64,000 nt of DNA from an uncultured Pseudomonadota bacterium. Its GTDB lineage: Bacteria; Pseudomonadota; Alphaproteobacteria; JACZXZ01. Positions 9,715 to 22,354 of the stretch are shown in pieces. The stretch is taken from NCBI GenBank assembly GCA_963749075.1, contig CAVVLJ010000004.1, positions 224,001 to 288,000 on the forward strand. Direction: 5' to 3'. Made by a program: the position numbers and the translations under genes. A model generated the notes under the pieces. That model had not been told where the DNA came from and did not search any database. It worked only from the letters and a program-made list of their open reading frames with translations. The first letter of the stretch is position 1; each line of letters begins with the position of its first letter.

Positions 9715-10965
9715 ATGAGCGCGCCCGCCTCGAACAGCCCGGTCGTCAAGTGGATCGACGACCGCCTGCCGATCTTCTCGCTGATGGAGCACGCGACGAC
9801 CGGCTACCCCACGCCGAAGAACCTGAACTACTGGTGGAACTTCGGCGCGCTCGCCGGCTTCGTGCTCATCGTCATGATCGCGACGGGGGTGCTGCTGGCG
9901 ATGCAGTACCAGCCCAACGCCGCCCTCGCCTTCGACAGCGTCGAGCGCATCATGCGCGACGTGAACTACGGCTGGCTGTTGCGCTACCTTCATATGAACG
10001 GCGGCTCGATGTTCTTCATCGTGGTCTATATCCACATCTTCCGCGGCCTCTACTACGGCTCCTACAAGCGGCCGCGCGAGCTCCTGTGGTGGCTCGGCAT
10101 CGTCATCCTCCTCCTCATGATGGCGACCGCCTTCATGGGCTACGTGCTGCCGTGGGGCCAGATGAGCTTCTGGGGTGCTACGGTGATCACCAATCTCTTC
10201 TCGGCGGTGCCCTGGGCCGGCAAATTCATCGTGCACTGGCTATGGGGAGGCTTCGCGGTCGACAACGCCACGCTCAACCGCTTCTTCTCGCTGCACTACC
10301 TCTTGCCTTTCGCGATCCTCGGCGTGGTGGTGCTCCACCTCTGGGCGCTGCACACCACGAAGTCGAGCAATCCGCTCGGCATCGACGTGAAGGGGCCGCA
10401 GGACACCATCCCCTTCCATCCCTACTACACGGTGAAGGACAACTTCGGCATCGGCGTCTTCCTCATCGTCTATCTCGGCTTCGTCTTCTTCGCGCCGAAC
10501 TTCTTCGGCGAGCCGGACAACTACATCCCGGCCAACCCGCTGCAGACGCCGCTGCACATCGTGCCCGAATGGTACTTCCTGCCCTATTACGCGATCCTGC
10601 GCTCGATCCCCGACAAGCTCACCGGCGTGGTCGCGATGTTCTCGTCGATCTTCCTCCTCTTCGCGCTACCCTGGCTCGACTTCTCGCGCGTGCGCAGCGC
10701 CCGCTTCCGGCCGCTCTACAAGAAGGTCTTCTGGCTTCTCGTTCTCGACGTCCTCATGCTCGGCTGGGTCGGCGCCAATCCGCCCGAGGGCTTCTTCCTG
10801 GTGATCGGCCGCATCGGCACCGCCTACTATTTCCTGCACTGGCTGGTGATCGTGCCGCTGATCTCGCTCTTCGAGCGGCCGAGGCCGCTCCCGGTCAGCA
10901 TCAGCCAGCCGGTGCTCGGCGGCGGGATGGCGGCTGCCTTGGCCAAGCCGATGGAGAAGGCGTGA
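9715..10965 (+). CDS. petB: Cytochrome b
   Basis: [37 protein letters not shown]. Confidence 0.98.
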   Translation: MSAPASNSPVVKWIDDRLPIFSLMEHATTGYPTPKNLNYWWNFGALAGFVLIVMIATGVLLAMQYQPNAALAFDSVERIMRDVNYGWLLRYLHMNGGSMFFIVVYIHIFRGLYYGSYKRPRELLWWLGIVILLLMMATAFMGYVLPWGQMSFWGATVITNLFSAVPWAGKFIVHWLWGGFAVDNATLNRFFSLHYLLPFAILGVVVLHLWALHTTKSSNPLGIDVKGPQDTIPFHPYYTVKDNFGIGVFLIVYLGFVFFAPNFFGEPDNYIPANPLQTPLHIVPEWYFLPYYAILRSIPDKLTGVVAMFSSIFLLFALPWLDFSRVRSARFRPLYKKVFWLLVLDVLMLGWVGANPPEGFFLVIGRIGTAYYFLHWLVIVPLISLFERPRPLPVSISQPVLGGGMAAALAKPMEKA

Positions 10966-11725
10966 TGGGCAAGCCTCTTCTGGCCGCGGCGGCGGCTTTC
11001 GCGGTTTCGCTCAGCCTCGCCGCCGAGGCGGCCGACGAGGACATCAAGATCCGCGCCAGGACTGGTCGTTCTACGGCATCTTCGGCACCTTCGACCGGGC
11101 GGCCGAGCAGCGCGGCTTCCAGGTCTACAAGGACGTCTGCTCCAACTGCCACTCGCTCAACCTCCTCGCCTACCGCGATCTCGAGGAGATCGGCCTCACC
11201 CCCGACCAGGTGACGGCCGTGGCGGCGAGCGTGCAGGTGGAGGACGGTCCCAACGACCAGGGCCAGATGTTCCAGCGCCCCGGCAAGCCGTCGGACCGCT
11301 TCAAGGCGCCCTTCGCCAACGAGCAGGCCGCGCGCTTCGCCAACAACGGGGCGCTGCCGCCCGATCTCTCCCTCATCGTGAAAGCGCGCGAGGGCGGACC
11401 GGACTACGTCTATGCCATCCTGACCGGCTTCACGGCACCTCCCGCGGGCTTCACGATGAACCAGGGCATGAACTACGACCTGGCCTTCGCCGGGCATCAG
11501 ATCGCCATGCCGCCGCCCCTGAGCGAGGGCGTCGTGACCTACACGGACGGCACCAAGGCGACGGTGCCGCAGATGGCGCACGACGTGGTCACCTTCCTCT
11601 CCTGGGCCGCCAACCCCGAGCTCGAGGCGCGCCACCGGATCGGCGTCAAGACCATGATCTTCCTCGTCGTGCTGACCGGTCTCCTCTACGCGGTCAAGCG
11701 CAAGGTGTGGGCCGACGTGCACTGA
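10965..11725 (+). CDS. petC: Cytochrome c1 (one base missing near 11050)
   Basis: Signal peptide from ATG 10965; after the shift DWSFYG..RGFQVYKDVCSNCH, PPDLSLI, IAMPPPL and a C-terminal TM; span is 761 nt (3n-1). Confidence 0.9.
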
Positions 11726-11800
11726 GGCCGCGGGCTCTTCCGCGGGAGCTCTTGGTTGCCTGACCGGACCGATGAGCTCGTGCTAGAGTATCTCGATTTG

Positions 11801-11922
11801 TGGGCGCGCGATGCACCCCCCACCCTACCCTCCCCCTCAAGGGGGGAGGGGAGCTGTGCGAGGATCCGATTAATCACTTCCCCCTCCCCCTTCAAGGGGG
11901 AGGGTGGGGTGGGGGTGACGCT
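11801..11922. repeat. REP/BIME-like G-rich palindromic doublet, copy 2
   Basis: Same CCCTCCCCCT(T)CAAGGGGGAGGG cores as copy 1, inverted. Confidence 0.88.
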
Positions 11923-11955
11923 CGCTGCAAGGATCTTGAGTGCCAAGGAGGCTTC

Positions 11956-12855
<900 letters not shown>

Positions 12856-12863
12856 CGCAGGCG

Positions 12864-13715
12864 ATGATCCCGGGGATCGACGGCATCGATCATGTCATCG
12901 TCGGCGTGCGCGCGCTCGAGGAGGCGCGCGAGCGCTACGCGCGGCTCGGCTTCGCCTTGACCCCGCGCGGCAGCCACATCGGCTGGGGCACCGCCAACTA
13001 CTGCATCATGTTCCGCGACGACTACATCGAGCTCCTCGGCATCGCCGACGCGAGCCAGTTCACCAACAACCTCGACAAGTTCCTCGCCAAGCGCGAGGGC
13101 CTGATGGCGCTTGCCTTCGCCTCCCGCGACGCCGCACTCGCCGCCGAGCACTTACGCGCGCGCGGCGTAGCGGCCGAGGGCCCGTCGGCGCTCGAGCGCC
13201 GCCTCGAGCTGCCCGAGGGCACGGTGCTGCCGCGCTTTCGGCTCGTGCGCTTTCCCGAGGCGGCCGCACCCGGGCTCGCCGCCTTCGTCTGCCAGCATTT
13301 GACGCCGGAGCTGGTGCGCCGGCCCGCCTGGCTGGCGCACCCCAACGGCGCCTCCCGCATCATCTCGCTCACCGTGGTGGTCGAGCATCCGGCGGCCCTT
13401 GCCGAGGCCTACGAGAAGCTGCTCGGCCATGGCGCCGTGACGCCGACCGACCGGCTCATCACCGTGCGCGTCGGCCGCCACGCCATCCTCTTCGTCGATC
13501 CCGACGAGCTCACCGTACTGCATCCCAAGGCCGAGGCGCTCGCCGGCACAGAAGCGCCCTATCTCGCAGCCATGACCGTGGGCGTGGCCTCGCCCGAGGC
13601 GACGGCCGGGCTCCTCGCCGCGCATGCCGTCCCCCACGAGCGCGAGGCGGACGGCGCCCTCGTGGTGCCCCCCTCGGCCGCCGCGGGGCTGTGGCTCATC
13701 TTCGAGAAGGGATGA
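12864..13715 (+). CDS. VOC/glyoxalase-like family protein
   Basis: IDHVIVGV...LGF...GTANYCI...YIELL, HPNGA. Confidence 0.85.
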   Translation: MIPGIDGIDHVIVGVRALEEARERYARLGFALTPRGSHIGWGTANYCIMFRDDYIELLGIADASQFTNNLDKFLAKREGLMALAFASRDAALAAEHLRARGVAAEGPSALERRLELPEGTVLPRFRLVRFPEAAAPGLAAFVCQHLTPELVRRPAWLAHPNGASRIISLTVVVEHPAALAEAYEKLLGHGAVTPTDRLITVRVGRHAILFVDPDELTVLHPKAEALAGTEAPYLAAMTVGVASPEATAGLLAAHAVPHEREADGALVVPPSAAAGLWLIFEKG

Positions 13716-13753
13716 ACGGCCGCCCGCTGCAGAGGGTGGAGGGGAGAAACGCC

Positions 13754-14898
13754 ATGCCTATCCGGCAGCTCGAGCACGCGAGCATGCTTAAGGCGCTGAT
13801 ATTCGTCGTCGCGGCGACAGCTTGCGTCGCGCCGCGGCTTGCGCTGGCCGCGGACGTGGCGATTTTCACGACGGGTGCGCCAAGCCCGGCAACGGTGAGG
13901 ATCGCCGTCACCCAACGGGTGACGTGGCGGAACTTGGGCTCGTCGCCGCGCGCCGTCACGGCCGAGAAAGAAGGCTTCCCCGGCTTCGCGCTCGAGCCCG
14001 AGGCGAGCCACAGCCAGCAGTTCCTCAAAGTGGGCCGCTACCCCTACCAGGTCGACGGCAAGTTCGACGGCGTGGTCGAGGTGACGGCGGCCGGGCCTCC
14101 GTCGGGAGCGGGCGTTTCGCCCAAGGCGGAAAGGGATTGCAGCTTCGCCGTCCTGCACTACGACGTTCCTGGTTTACGGCTATCGCCGCTACCAGATCAC
14201 CTTCAGCGCCGGGTTCGTTCCCGGCCCCGGCGTGGTGACGAGAACCGCCGAATGGACGGCGGGCTGGCCGGAACGTCATGCTCGGCGTGGAGCTCTGCCA
14301 CGCGAAAGGGCTCCCGAGCCTCACGATCGCTCTGGTGACGCCGGGGTCCTTGAATGTCCACCACCCCGTCAGGGTGCCCGGCGAGCTTCAGGGCACCTGG
14401 GACTATTCCGATACGCAGCCCATCAACGAGCATGAGAACCCGCCATGCCAGTTCCAGATGGGCCTGACGCTGCGGGTTTCGGCGAGCTTGTACGGTTTTA
14501 GCTATCCGCAGCCCGGCGGGGCAAGCCTCGGCTTCGACGGCCGCGGGTGGGGCGGAGAGGATCCGTCGGGAAAACACATCGCACCGGTTTTCGCGGAAGA
14601 GTGCAAGAAGCGAAACATGCGGGGCGGGGGCATCGGCGAGTCACGCGGCAACGGCACGCCGCTCGCGCAGGTCAACGGCATCGATTTCACTATCCACGAT
14701 TACATGCTGGGCCTCTCCCTCGTGAAGGGTGCGCCTATGGCGTTCCCGCTCGAGGCGCTGGCGGCAGGGAGCGGGTTCAATGTGGACAGCGGCATCCAGG
14801 CGATCCATCTCTCCTCATCGCACGCCAGAGACGGCCGGGTGATCGAAGAGGATGATGTGAGGGACCGCGTCGTCGTGAGTTTTTCGCCGCGGCAATAG
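13754..14898 (+). CDS. Secreted protein with an N-terminal cupredoxin-like domain, apparently split by two frameshifts (about 14167 and 14272)
   Basis: Signal peptide; VTWRN...F...GRYPY...GVVEV pattern; coding-like reading continues through ORFs 14232..14435 and 14278..14898. Confidence 0.5.
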
Positions 14899-14911
14899 CG
14901 CGCCTCGCCTG

Positions 14912-15337
14912 CTACGCGAGCTCGATGACGCCGTCTTCGCCGATGCGCACGAGCGCATCCTGCGGCAGCATGGCCTGCTCGGACGCCGCGAGCTCGAGCA
15001 CCGGGATCGTCGGATAGCCCATCTCGCGCCCGACCACGACGCCAAGTGCCAAGATCGCATCGCTCTCACCGAGGATGAGGGCGGCGGGTGCCAGGCCCGC
15101 GCGCAGGAGCTCGAGCATCACGGCACTCGCCGAGCTCGAGCCGATCATGCCGGGAAGGCAGAGCACGCGACCGCCGATGGAGGCGCCGCGATCCGGATGG
15201 CGCACGTCGATGACAAGGCCGCTTTGCGGATCGATGCCGCCCCAGAAGCTGATCGGCGCGGCCAGGCGCAGGATGCGCCCCTCGGCCGTCCCGGCGAGCG
15301 CCACCTTGGCCTGGAGCCTGCGCGCAGCTATTGCCAC
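14912..15337 (-). CDS. Aconitase X swivel (small) subunit, DUF126
   Basis: ISFWGGIDP..G.VID..HP..G...GSSS motif. Confidence 0.88.
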   Translation of the reverse strand: MAIAARRLQAKVALAGTAEGRILRLAAPISFWGGIDPQSGLVIDVRHPDRGASIGGRVLCLPGMIGSSSASAVMLELLRAGLAPAALILGESDAILALGVVVGREMGYPTIPVLELAASEQAMLPQDALVRIGEDGVIELA

Positions 15338-16587
15338 AGCCGCTCGTCGCGCTCGAGCCGGCCGCTCGCCGCCGTGGCGACGCAGTCGGCGAGGCTGCCG
15401 TAGACCACCTGCCAGCCCGTGTTGCCCGGCGCGTAATGGGCGAACTTGCCGGAGTTGGTCATCAGCACGCCGCCGCCCTCAGGCAGGATCGGCGTGACGA
15501 CGACGCAGGTGTCGGCGACGGCGATGACGCCGGCGTCCTCGAGCGCCTTGAGCCGGCCGTGTGCCGCGAGTTCCGCCAAGACCCCGCGTCCGGCGCAGAC
15601 ATAGACGGGGATGGCGAAGCGCCGTCCCTTGGCGAGCCGCTCGAGCTCGGCGAACTCATGGTGCGAGAAATGCGGGCTGCCGAGCGCCACCGCATCGATG
15701 CGCTCGGCCGCCGTGGTCGAGAGGCCGTCGCGCGCGCGCCGCACCATCTCGGGTGTCACGCGTATCGTGCGCTCGGGGGCCTGGCCGCCCAAGGCCGCGG
15801 CGAGGGTCGGCGCCTCGGGCGTGGTGCCGGCCACGTGGAAGAGGCCGACGGCACCTGTCGAGGCCGCGGCGGCACCGAGCGCCTTGAGCCGGTCCTCCGA
15901 GACGCCCGCGGGCAGGCCCTCGATCACGGCGACGGCGCTCCCCACCTCGCGGCCGAGGAGCGAGCCGAGCACGGGATAGAAGGCATCGGTCGCCTTGAGC
16001 TCGGGGGAAAGCGCCGCTGTATCGAGCACCACGCGGGCGCGGCGGTTCTCCGTTAGGTGCAGCCCGGCATAGGGCACGCGGCCTGAGATCGCCGCGGCGA
16101 TGTCGAGGAAATCGCCGTAGCGGTTGGTGCGCGCGCCGAGCACCGAGTTGGCGAAGGCGACGGCGTTGCTCTCGCCCCAGGCCACCTGCTCGCCGAGGCC
16201 TGGGCGGTGGCCGGCCTGGTAGGGCGCACAGGTCCAGCTGGGGCGGCAGCCGAGTGATTCGTAGGCGCGCATCATGCGGAGCGCCATCTCGTAGCGGTGC
16301 TGGCCGGCGCGCACGCGCTTGGGGTGGATGAGGTCGAGGGCGCCCACGTTGAGCGTGGCAGGCACGCGCACGCGGCCGCCGCCGGCCACCAGCCTCTCGG
16401 CGAACTCGGTGCCGCTGTCGCCGTGATAAAGGCAGCCGTCGATGTGGGCCGAGGTGACCGGGATGAGGTGCGGTGCGCCTAAGATGCGCGCGGTCTCGGC
16501 TAAGATGCGCGTCGCCATGGCAAGCGCCGGAGGCACGCCCTCGCCCGCGGCGCAGCGCCGCTCCTCCTCGCTGAGGGCGAGCGTCAG
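15328..16587 (-). CDS. Aconitase X catalytic (large) subunit, DUF521; start uncertain
   Basis: AHIDGCLY, PATLN, WTCAPY, AWGESNAVAFANSVLGARTNRY, DTC, MTNSGKFAHY. Confidence 0.88.
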   Translation of the reverse strand: MTLALSEEERRCAAGEGVPPALAMATRILAETARILGAPHLIPVTSAHIDGCLYHGDSGTEFAERLVAGGGRVRVPATLNVGALDLIHPKRVRAGQHRYEMALRMMRAYESLGCRPSWTCAPYQAGHRPGLGEQVAWGESNAVAFANSVLGARTNRYGDFLDIAAAISGRVPYAGLHLTENRRARVVLDTAALSPELKATDAFYPVLGSLLGREVGSAVAVIEGLPAGVSEDRLKALGAAAASTGAVGLFHVAGTTPEAPTLAAALGGQAPERTIRVTPEMVRRARDGLSTTAAERIDAVALGSPHFSHHEFAELERLAKGRRFAIPVYVCAGRGVLAELAAHGRLKALEDAGVIAVADTCVVVTPILPEGGGVLMTNSGKFAHYAPGNTGWQVVYGSLADCVATAASGRLERDERLWQ

Positions 16588-17195
16588 TAGAGGTTCTCCC
16601 GGTAGCGCGCGACCATCTGGACTTGCGATTCCGCGGGCTCGGCGAGGCCGATCTGCTCCTTGAGCATCTCGCCCATGCTGGGCAGGCTGGCGCGCTGAAC
16701 TTGCGCCTCCACGTCCCACAGGCGCGCCCGCATGAGCGCCTTGCCGCAATGGAGGAAGGCCTCGCGCACATGGACGAGGACGACCACGGCCGGGCGCCGC
16801 TCGCCGATCGCGAAGCTGTCGCAGAGCGCCTCGTCGTCGCGGATCTCGGCGCTGCCGTTCACGCGCAGCATCTCGTCCACGCCGGGGACGAGGAAGAGGA
16901 GGCCGACCTCGGGGCTCGCCAGGATGTTGGCGAGGGAATCGATGCGGTTGTTGCCGGGCCGGTCGGGGATGGCGAGCGTGCGCTCGTCGAGCACGCGCAC
17001 GAAGCCGGCAGCACCGCCGCGCGGCGAGACGTTGCCGCCGTGCTCGGGGCTCTGGGAGGAGAGCACGAGGAAGGGCGAGAGCTCGACGAAGCGGCGGCAG
17101 TGGCGGTCGAGGCGGTCCAGTTGCTTGAGCCGCGCGCGCTCCGAGGGCGCCTTGTAAAGCTTGCGCAGCGCCGCGAGGGAAGCGATGCGGGCCAT
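16584..17195 (-). CDS. Pyridoxamine 5'-phosphate oxidase-like FMN-binding protein (MSMEG_1061-like)
   Basis: SPRGG..GFV, IPDRPGNNRIDSL.N, LFLVPG..E.LRVNG, HCGKAL.R. Confidence 0.88.
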   Translation of the reverse strand: MARIASLAALRKLYKAPSERARLKQLDRLDRHCRRFVELSPFLVLSSQSPEHGGNVSPRGGAAGFVRVLDERTLAIPDRPGNNRIDSLANILASPEVGLLFLVPGVDEMLRVNGSAEIRDDEALCDSFAIGERRPAVVVLVHVREAFLHCGKALMRARLWDVEAQVQRASLPSMGEMLKEQIGLAEPAESQVQMVARYRENLY

Positions 17196-17208
17196 GGCGT
17201 CCGCCGCC

Positions 17209-17880
17209 TCAGCCGAGGTGCTTGGCGAAGAACTCGAGCGTGCGCTCGAGCGCCAGCTCGTGGCTCGCCTTGTTGAAGCTGCCGCGGTGGTCGCAGCTGA
17301 AGCCGTGGCCGGCGCCGGGATAGACGTAGACGGGCACGCCCGGCTGGGCTGCCTTGATCTTCTCCACGTCGGCGAGCGGGATCGAGGCGTCGGTCTCGCC
17401 GAAATGCAGCAGCACCGGGACCTTGGGCTTCTCGTCCTTGAACTCGGCGATCTGGCCGCCGTAATAGCCGACCGCGGCGGAAAGCCCGGAGAGCTGGGTT
17501 GCCGCGCGCCAGGCGACCGAGCCGCCCCAGCAATAGCCGACGATGCCGACCTTGCCGGCATCCGATATAGCCGGAATGGCCGCGGCCACGTCCTTGAGCG
17601 CCTCGGGCCAGGCGATCTTGCCGCGGAGCGCTCTGCCCGCCTCGATGTCGGCTGGCTGGTAGCCGAGCTCGACGCCGCGCTCGGTACGGTCGAAGAGCGC
17701 CGGCGCCAGCGCCGCATAGCCCGCCTTGGCGAAGCCGTCGCACACCTCGCGGATGTGGCTGTTCACGCCGAAGATCTCCTGGATGACGACGATGCCGCCC
17801 TTGGGCTTGCTGCCTGGGTCGGCGCGGTAGGCGGACAATTTGTGGCCGTCGCTTGCGCTGAGCGTCAACGTCTTGCCCAT
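17209..17880 (-). CDS. Dienelactone hydrolase family protein
   Basis: QEIFGVN, GYCWGG nucleophile, AGHGF. Confidence 0.92.
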   Translation of the reverse strand: MGKTLTLSASDGHKLSAYRADPGSKPKGGIVVIQEIFGVNSHIREVCDGFAKAGYAALAPALFDRTERGVELGYQPADIEAGRALRGKIAWPEALKDVAAAIPAISDAGKVGIVGYCWGGSVAWRAATQLSGLSAAVGYYGGQIAEFKDEKPKVPVLLHFGETDASIPLADVEKIKAAQPGVPVYVYPGAGHGFSCDHRGSFNKASHELALERTLEFFAKHLG

Positions 17881-17995
17881 GGCGTTCCTCTCTCTCTGGC
17901 GATTCCTCGCCCCGTGACCGGGCGCATCTTAACGCCTTCGGCAGCGGGGGGAAGGGCGCAAAATCGGGGCGCTATTCTCGGGCGGGCGGATGTTG

Positions 17996-18097
17996 ACCCC
18001 CCACCCCAACCCTCCCCCTCAAGGGGGAAGGGGGCTTTATGCGCTCGTGCCGAAATCTCCCCTCCCCCGTTGAGGGGGAGGGCAGGGAGGGGGGTTG
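17996..18097. repeat. REP/BIME-like G-rich palindromic doublet, copy 3
   Basis: CCCCCCACCCCAACCCTCCCCCTCAAGGGGGAAGGGG...CCCTCCCCCGTTGAGGGGGAGGGCAGGGAGGGGG. Confidence 0.85.
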
Positions 18098-18109
18098 AGC
18101 GGGTGGCCC

Positions 18110-19213
<1,104 letters not shown>

Positions 19214-19864
19214 TCAGTCCTCGGGGTCGTGCGGGCCCTCGCCGCCGGCCGCCTCCGTCTGCGGCCCGCCTTTGCCATTGGGCGGTTTCGGCTTGGGCGG
19301 CTTGGTGAGGAGGGCGAGCTTGGTCATGAAGCGGTTGTCGTCGCCGCTAACGATGATGGGGAGCGCCTCCGCGATCGCCGGCAGGAGCTTGTCCAGCCAG
19401 GCGTCGTCCTCCTCGTCGAAATCGCTCAGCACGTAGGGATAGACGAAGCGCTTGTCGCCCGGGTGGCCGATGCCGATGCGCAGGCGCCAATAGTCGGGCC
19501 CGAGATGGGCGTCGATGCTGCGCAATCCGTTGTGGCCGGCTGAGCCGCCGCCGCGCTTCACCTTGACCTTGCCGGGTGCCAGGTCGAGCTCGTCGTGGAT
19601 GACGAGGAGCTCGCCCGGCTCGAGCTTGTAGAAGCGCACGGCCTCGCCCACGGCGCGCCCGGACTCGTTCATGAAGGTCATGGGCTTGAGCACGAGGAGG
19701 CGCATGCCGGCGACGTTGCCCTCGGCGAGGAGGCCCTGGAAGCGGCTGCGCCACGGGGCAAAGGAATGGCGGCGGACGATCTCGTTCACCGCCATGAAGC
19801 CCACATTGTGCCGGTTGCCGCCGTATTTGGGCCCCGGATTGCCCAGGCCCACCACGAGACGCAT
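19214..19864 (-). CDS. pth: Peptidyl-tRNA hydrolase
   Basis: VGLGNPG..Y..NRHNVG, FMNESG, HDELD, GHNGLRS. Confidence 0.97.
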   Translation of the reverse strand: MRLVVGLGNPGPKYGGNRHNVGFMAVNEIVRRHSFAPWRSRFQGLLAEGNVAGMRLLVLKPMTFMNESGRAVGEAVRFYKLEPGELLVIHDELDLAPGKVKVKRGGGSAGHNGLRSIDAHLGPDYWRLRIGIGHPGDKRFVYPYVLSDFDEEDDAWLDKLLPAIAEALPIIVSGDDNRFMTKLALLTKPPKPKPPNGKGGPQTEAAGGEGPHDPED

Positions 19865-19879
19865 GGCGCCGACCGGGCG

Positions 19880-20587
19880 TTAGGCCTTGCCCGCCTTCTC
19901 GCCGCGGCCCGGCTTCTCGGGCACCGCTTCCTTCTCCTTCTCTTTCTCCTTGGTCTCCTTGGCGGTGATCACCTCGACGGCGACCGGAGCCGCGGGTGCC
20001 GCGGTCTCGACGTCGAGCGCCGTGGTGGTGGGTGCGGCGACCGTGGCGACGGTGAAGTCGCGGCCCGTGATGGTCGGCCGCACGCCCTCCGGCAGCTTGA
20101 TGGCGCTGATGTGCACGCTGTCGCCGATGTCGAGGCCCGTGAGATCGATGCGGATCTCGTGGGGGATGCTGGTGGCGAGGCACACCAACGCTATCTCGTG
20201 GCGCACGACGTTGAGCACGCCGCCGCGCTTGATGCCGGGCGACGCCGCCTCGTTCTCGAAGCGCACCGGCACCGCGACCGTCACCTTGGTGTCGGGCTCG
20301 ACGCGCATGAAGTCGACGTGCACCGGGCTGTCGCTCACCGGATGGAACTGCACGTCGCGCGGCAGCACGCGCTCGACCGCGCCGTTCACCTTCACGTCGT
20401 AGAGATTGGTGAAGAAGCCGCTCTTGCGCAATTCGGGGACGAGCTCCGCCGGCTTCACGGCGACGAGCTCGGGCGCGCGCTTGGCGCCGTAGATGACGCC
20501 GGGCACCAGCCCGGCATTGCGTGCGGCACGGGCTGCCCCCTTACCTGCCCGCTCGCGCCGCTCCGCATTGAACACGGTTTCGGCCAT
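19880..20587 (-). CDS. rplY: 50S ribosomal protein L25 / Ctc
   Basis: GKGAARAAR..G.VPGVIYG, HVDF, PGIKRGG. Confidence 0.95.
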   Translation of the reverse strand: MAETVFNAERRERAGKGAARAARNAGLVPGVIYGAKRAPELVAVKPAELVPELRKSGFFTNLYDVKVNGAVERVLPRDVQFHPVSDSPVHVDFMRVEPDTKVTVAVPVRFENEAASPGIKRGGVLNVVRHEIALVCLATSIPHEIRIDLTGLDIGDSVHISAIKLPEGVRPTITGRDFTVATVAAPTTTALDVETAAPAAPVAVEVITAKETKEKEKEKEAVPEKPGRGEKAGKA

Positions 20588-20694
20588 GATCGCTTCTCCT
20601 CTCTCGCACCACCCCGTCAGGGAGCGGGCTCCAAGGGCTGCGGCCTCCAGGGGTGCCGCGCGCCCGAAACTCGAAAAATCGCCCTCCCCCGGCC

Positions 20695-21666
20695 TCAGTC
20701 GGAAACCACGCCGAGCAGCTTGGCCACCTCGCCCTCGCTGAAGAGGCTCGACACCGAATCGCCCCGGCTGATGCGCCGGATCGCCTCGCCCAGAAGCGGG
20801 GCCACCGAGAGCACGCGGATCTTGTTCGACGCCCTCACCTCCTCGGGCGCCTCGATGCTGTCGGTGATCACCACCGTCTCGAGGGGCGAGCCCATGATGC
20901 GCCCGACCGCCTCGCCCGACAGCACGCCGTGGGTGCAATAGGCCGCCACCCACGAGGCTCCGTGGTCGGCGAGCGCCTGGGCGGCATTGCACAGCGTGCC
21001 GGCGGAATCGACGATGTCGTCGATCAGGATGCAGCGGCGGCCCTTCACGTCGCCGATGATGTTCATGACCTCGGACTCGCCGGCGCGCTCGCGGCGCTTA
21101 TCGATGATCGCGAGGTCCGCGTCAAGTGGCTTGGCGATGGCGCGGGCGCGCAGGAGGCCCCCCACGTCGGGCGACACGATAACCAGATCACTGCCGTTAT
21201 GATGGTTACGAATGTCGTTGTAGAAGACGGGTGCCGCATAGAGGTTGTCGAGCGGGATGTCGAAGAAGCCCTGGATCTGGTTGGCGTGGAGGTCGAGGGT
21301 GAGCACCCGGTTGGCGCCCGCCGTGGTGATGAGGTTGGCCACCAGCTTGGCCGAGATTGGCGTGCGCGGGCCGGTTTTGCGGTCCTGGCGGGCGTAGCCG
21401 TAATAGGGCAGCACGGCGGTGATGCGGGCGGGCGAGGCGCGCTTCAAGGCGTCGAGCCAGATGAGCAGCTCCATCATGTGGTCGTTGGCGGGGTAGGAGG
21501 TCGGCTGCACCACGAAGACGTCCTGGCCGCGCATGTTCTCGAGGATTTCGACGAAGAGCTCGTTGTCGGCGAAGCGCCGCACGCTCGCCTTGCTCACCTT
21601 CACGTCGATGTAGCGCGCGATGCCTTCGGCAAGGGGCCGGTTCGCCGTGCCGCTCAGGAGCTTCAT
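20695..21666 (-). CDS. prs: Ribose-phosphate pyrophosphokinase
   Basis: [40 protein letters not shown]. Confidence 0.97.
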   Translation of the reverse strand: MKLLSGTANRPLAEGIARYIDVKVSKASVRRFADNELFVEILENMRGQDVFVVQPTSYPANDHMMELLIWLDALKRASPARITAVLPYYGYARQDRKTGPRTPISAKLVANLITTAGANRVLTLDLHANQIQGFFDIPLDNLYAAPVFYNDIRNHHNGSDLVIVSPDVGGLLRARAIAKPLDADLAIIDKRRERAGESEVMNIIGDVKGRRCILIDDIVDSAGTLCNAAQALADHGASWVAAYCTHGVLSGEAVGRIMGSPLETVVITDSIEAPEEVRASNKIRVLSVAPLLGEAIRRISRGDSVSSLFSEGEVAKLLGVVSD

Positions 21667-21816
21667 GCCGGTCTGCCTCAAGGGGTGCGCCGTGCCGCCC
21701 GGCGCCGAGATGCCGCCGGCCCTCGAACGCGTCCGCGGCGTCTCTATAACAACCCGACGCAAAACTGTAAACTGTTGCGGCGCGGCAAGGGAAACTCGTC
21801 CCAAGGGAATCGGCGG

Positions 21817-22344
21817 GTGAGCGACAATTACATCACGGCGGAGGTCAAGGCACTGATCGGCGCGGAATCGCCGCCCGCCGAGGCCTGGCATGCTGTCGAG
21901 GCAAGCGAGGTGCGGCGCTTCTTCCAGGCGACCATGGACCCCTCGAAGCACTATTGGGAGGAGGCCTCGCGCGCCGCGAGCCGCTACGGCGGCCCCGTCG
22001 CCCCCCTCGGCTTCCCGGTCCATGCCTTCCGCCGGCCGCCCGACCGGCCGGACCCGCTTCAAGCCATGGGGGAGCCCGACTTCGACGGCCTCAGCCGGGC
22101 GCTCCGCCCCGGCCTGCCGCCGGTCAAGGTGCCCTTGCCGCGGCTCTTGAACGGCGGCTACGAGTACGAGTTCTTCCGCTACGCGCGCCTGGGCGAGCGC
22201 ATCCTTTGCCGGAGCCGCTACAAGGACATCTACCAGCGCGACGGCAAGGGCGGCGCCATGATTTTCCTCATCATCGAGGACCGTTATGCGACCGCGGCGG
22301 GGGAGCCCCTCCTCAATGCGGTCAACACCATCATCCTGCGCTGA
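21817..22344 (+). CDS. MaoC-family dehydratase, N-terminal-type (hotdog fold) subunit
   Basis: [22 protein letters not shown], downstream beta strands; GTG start. Confidence 0.8.
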   Translation: MSDNYITAEVKALIGAESPPAEAWHAVEASEVRRFFQATMDPSKHYWEEASRAASRYGGPVAPLGFPVHAFRRPPDRPDPLQAMGEPDFDGLSRALRPGLPPVKVPLPRLLNGGYEYEFFRYARLGERILCRSRYKDIYQRDGKGGAMIFLIIEDRYATAAGEPLLNAVNTIILR

Positions 22345-22354
22345 GGGCGTTGCC

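Noticed and set aside
10965-11725. petC as a true pseudogene
   Set aside because: All motifs are intact, a single missing base explains the shift, and similar indels recur in the window
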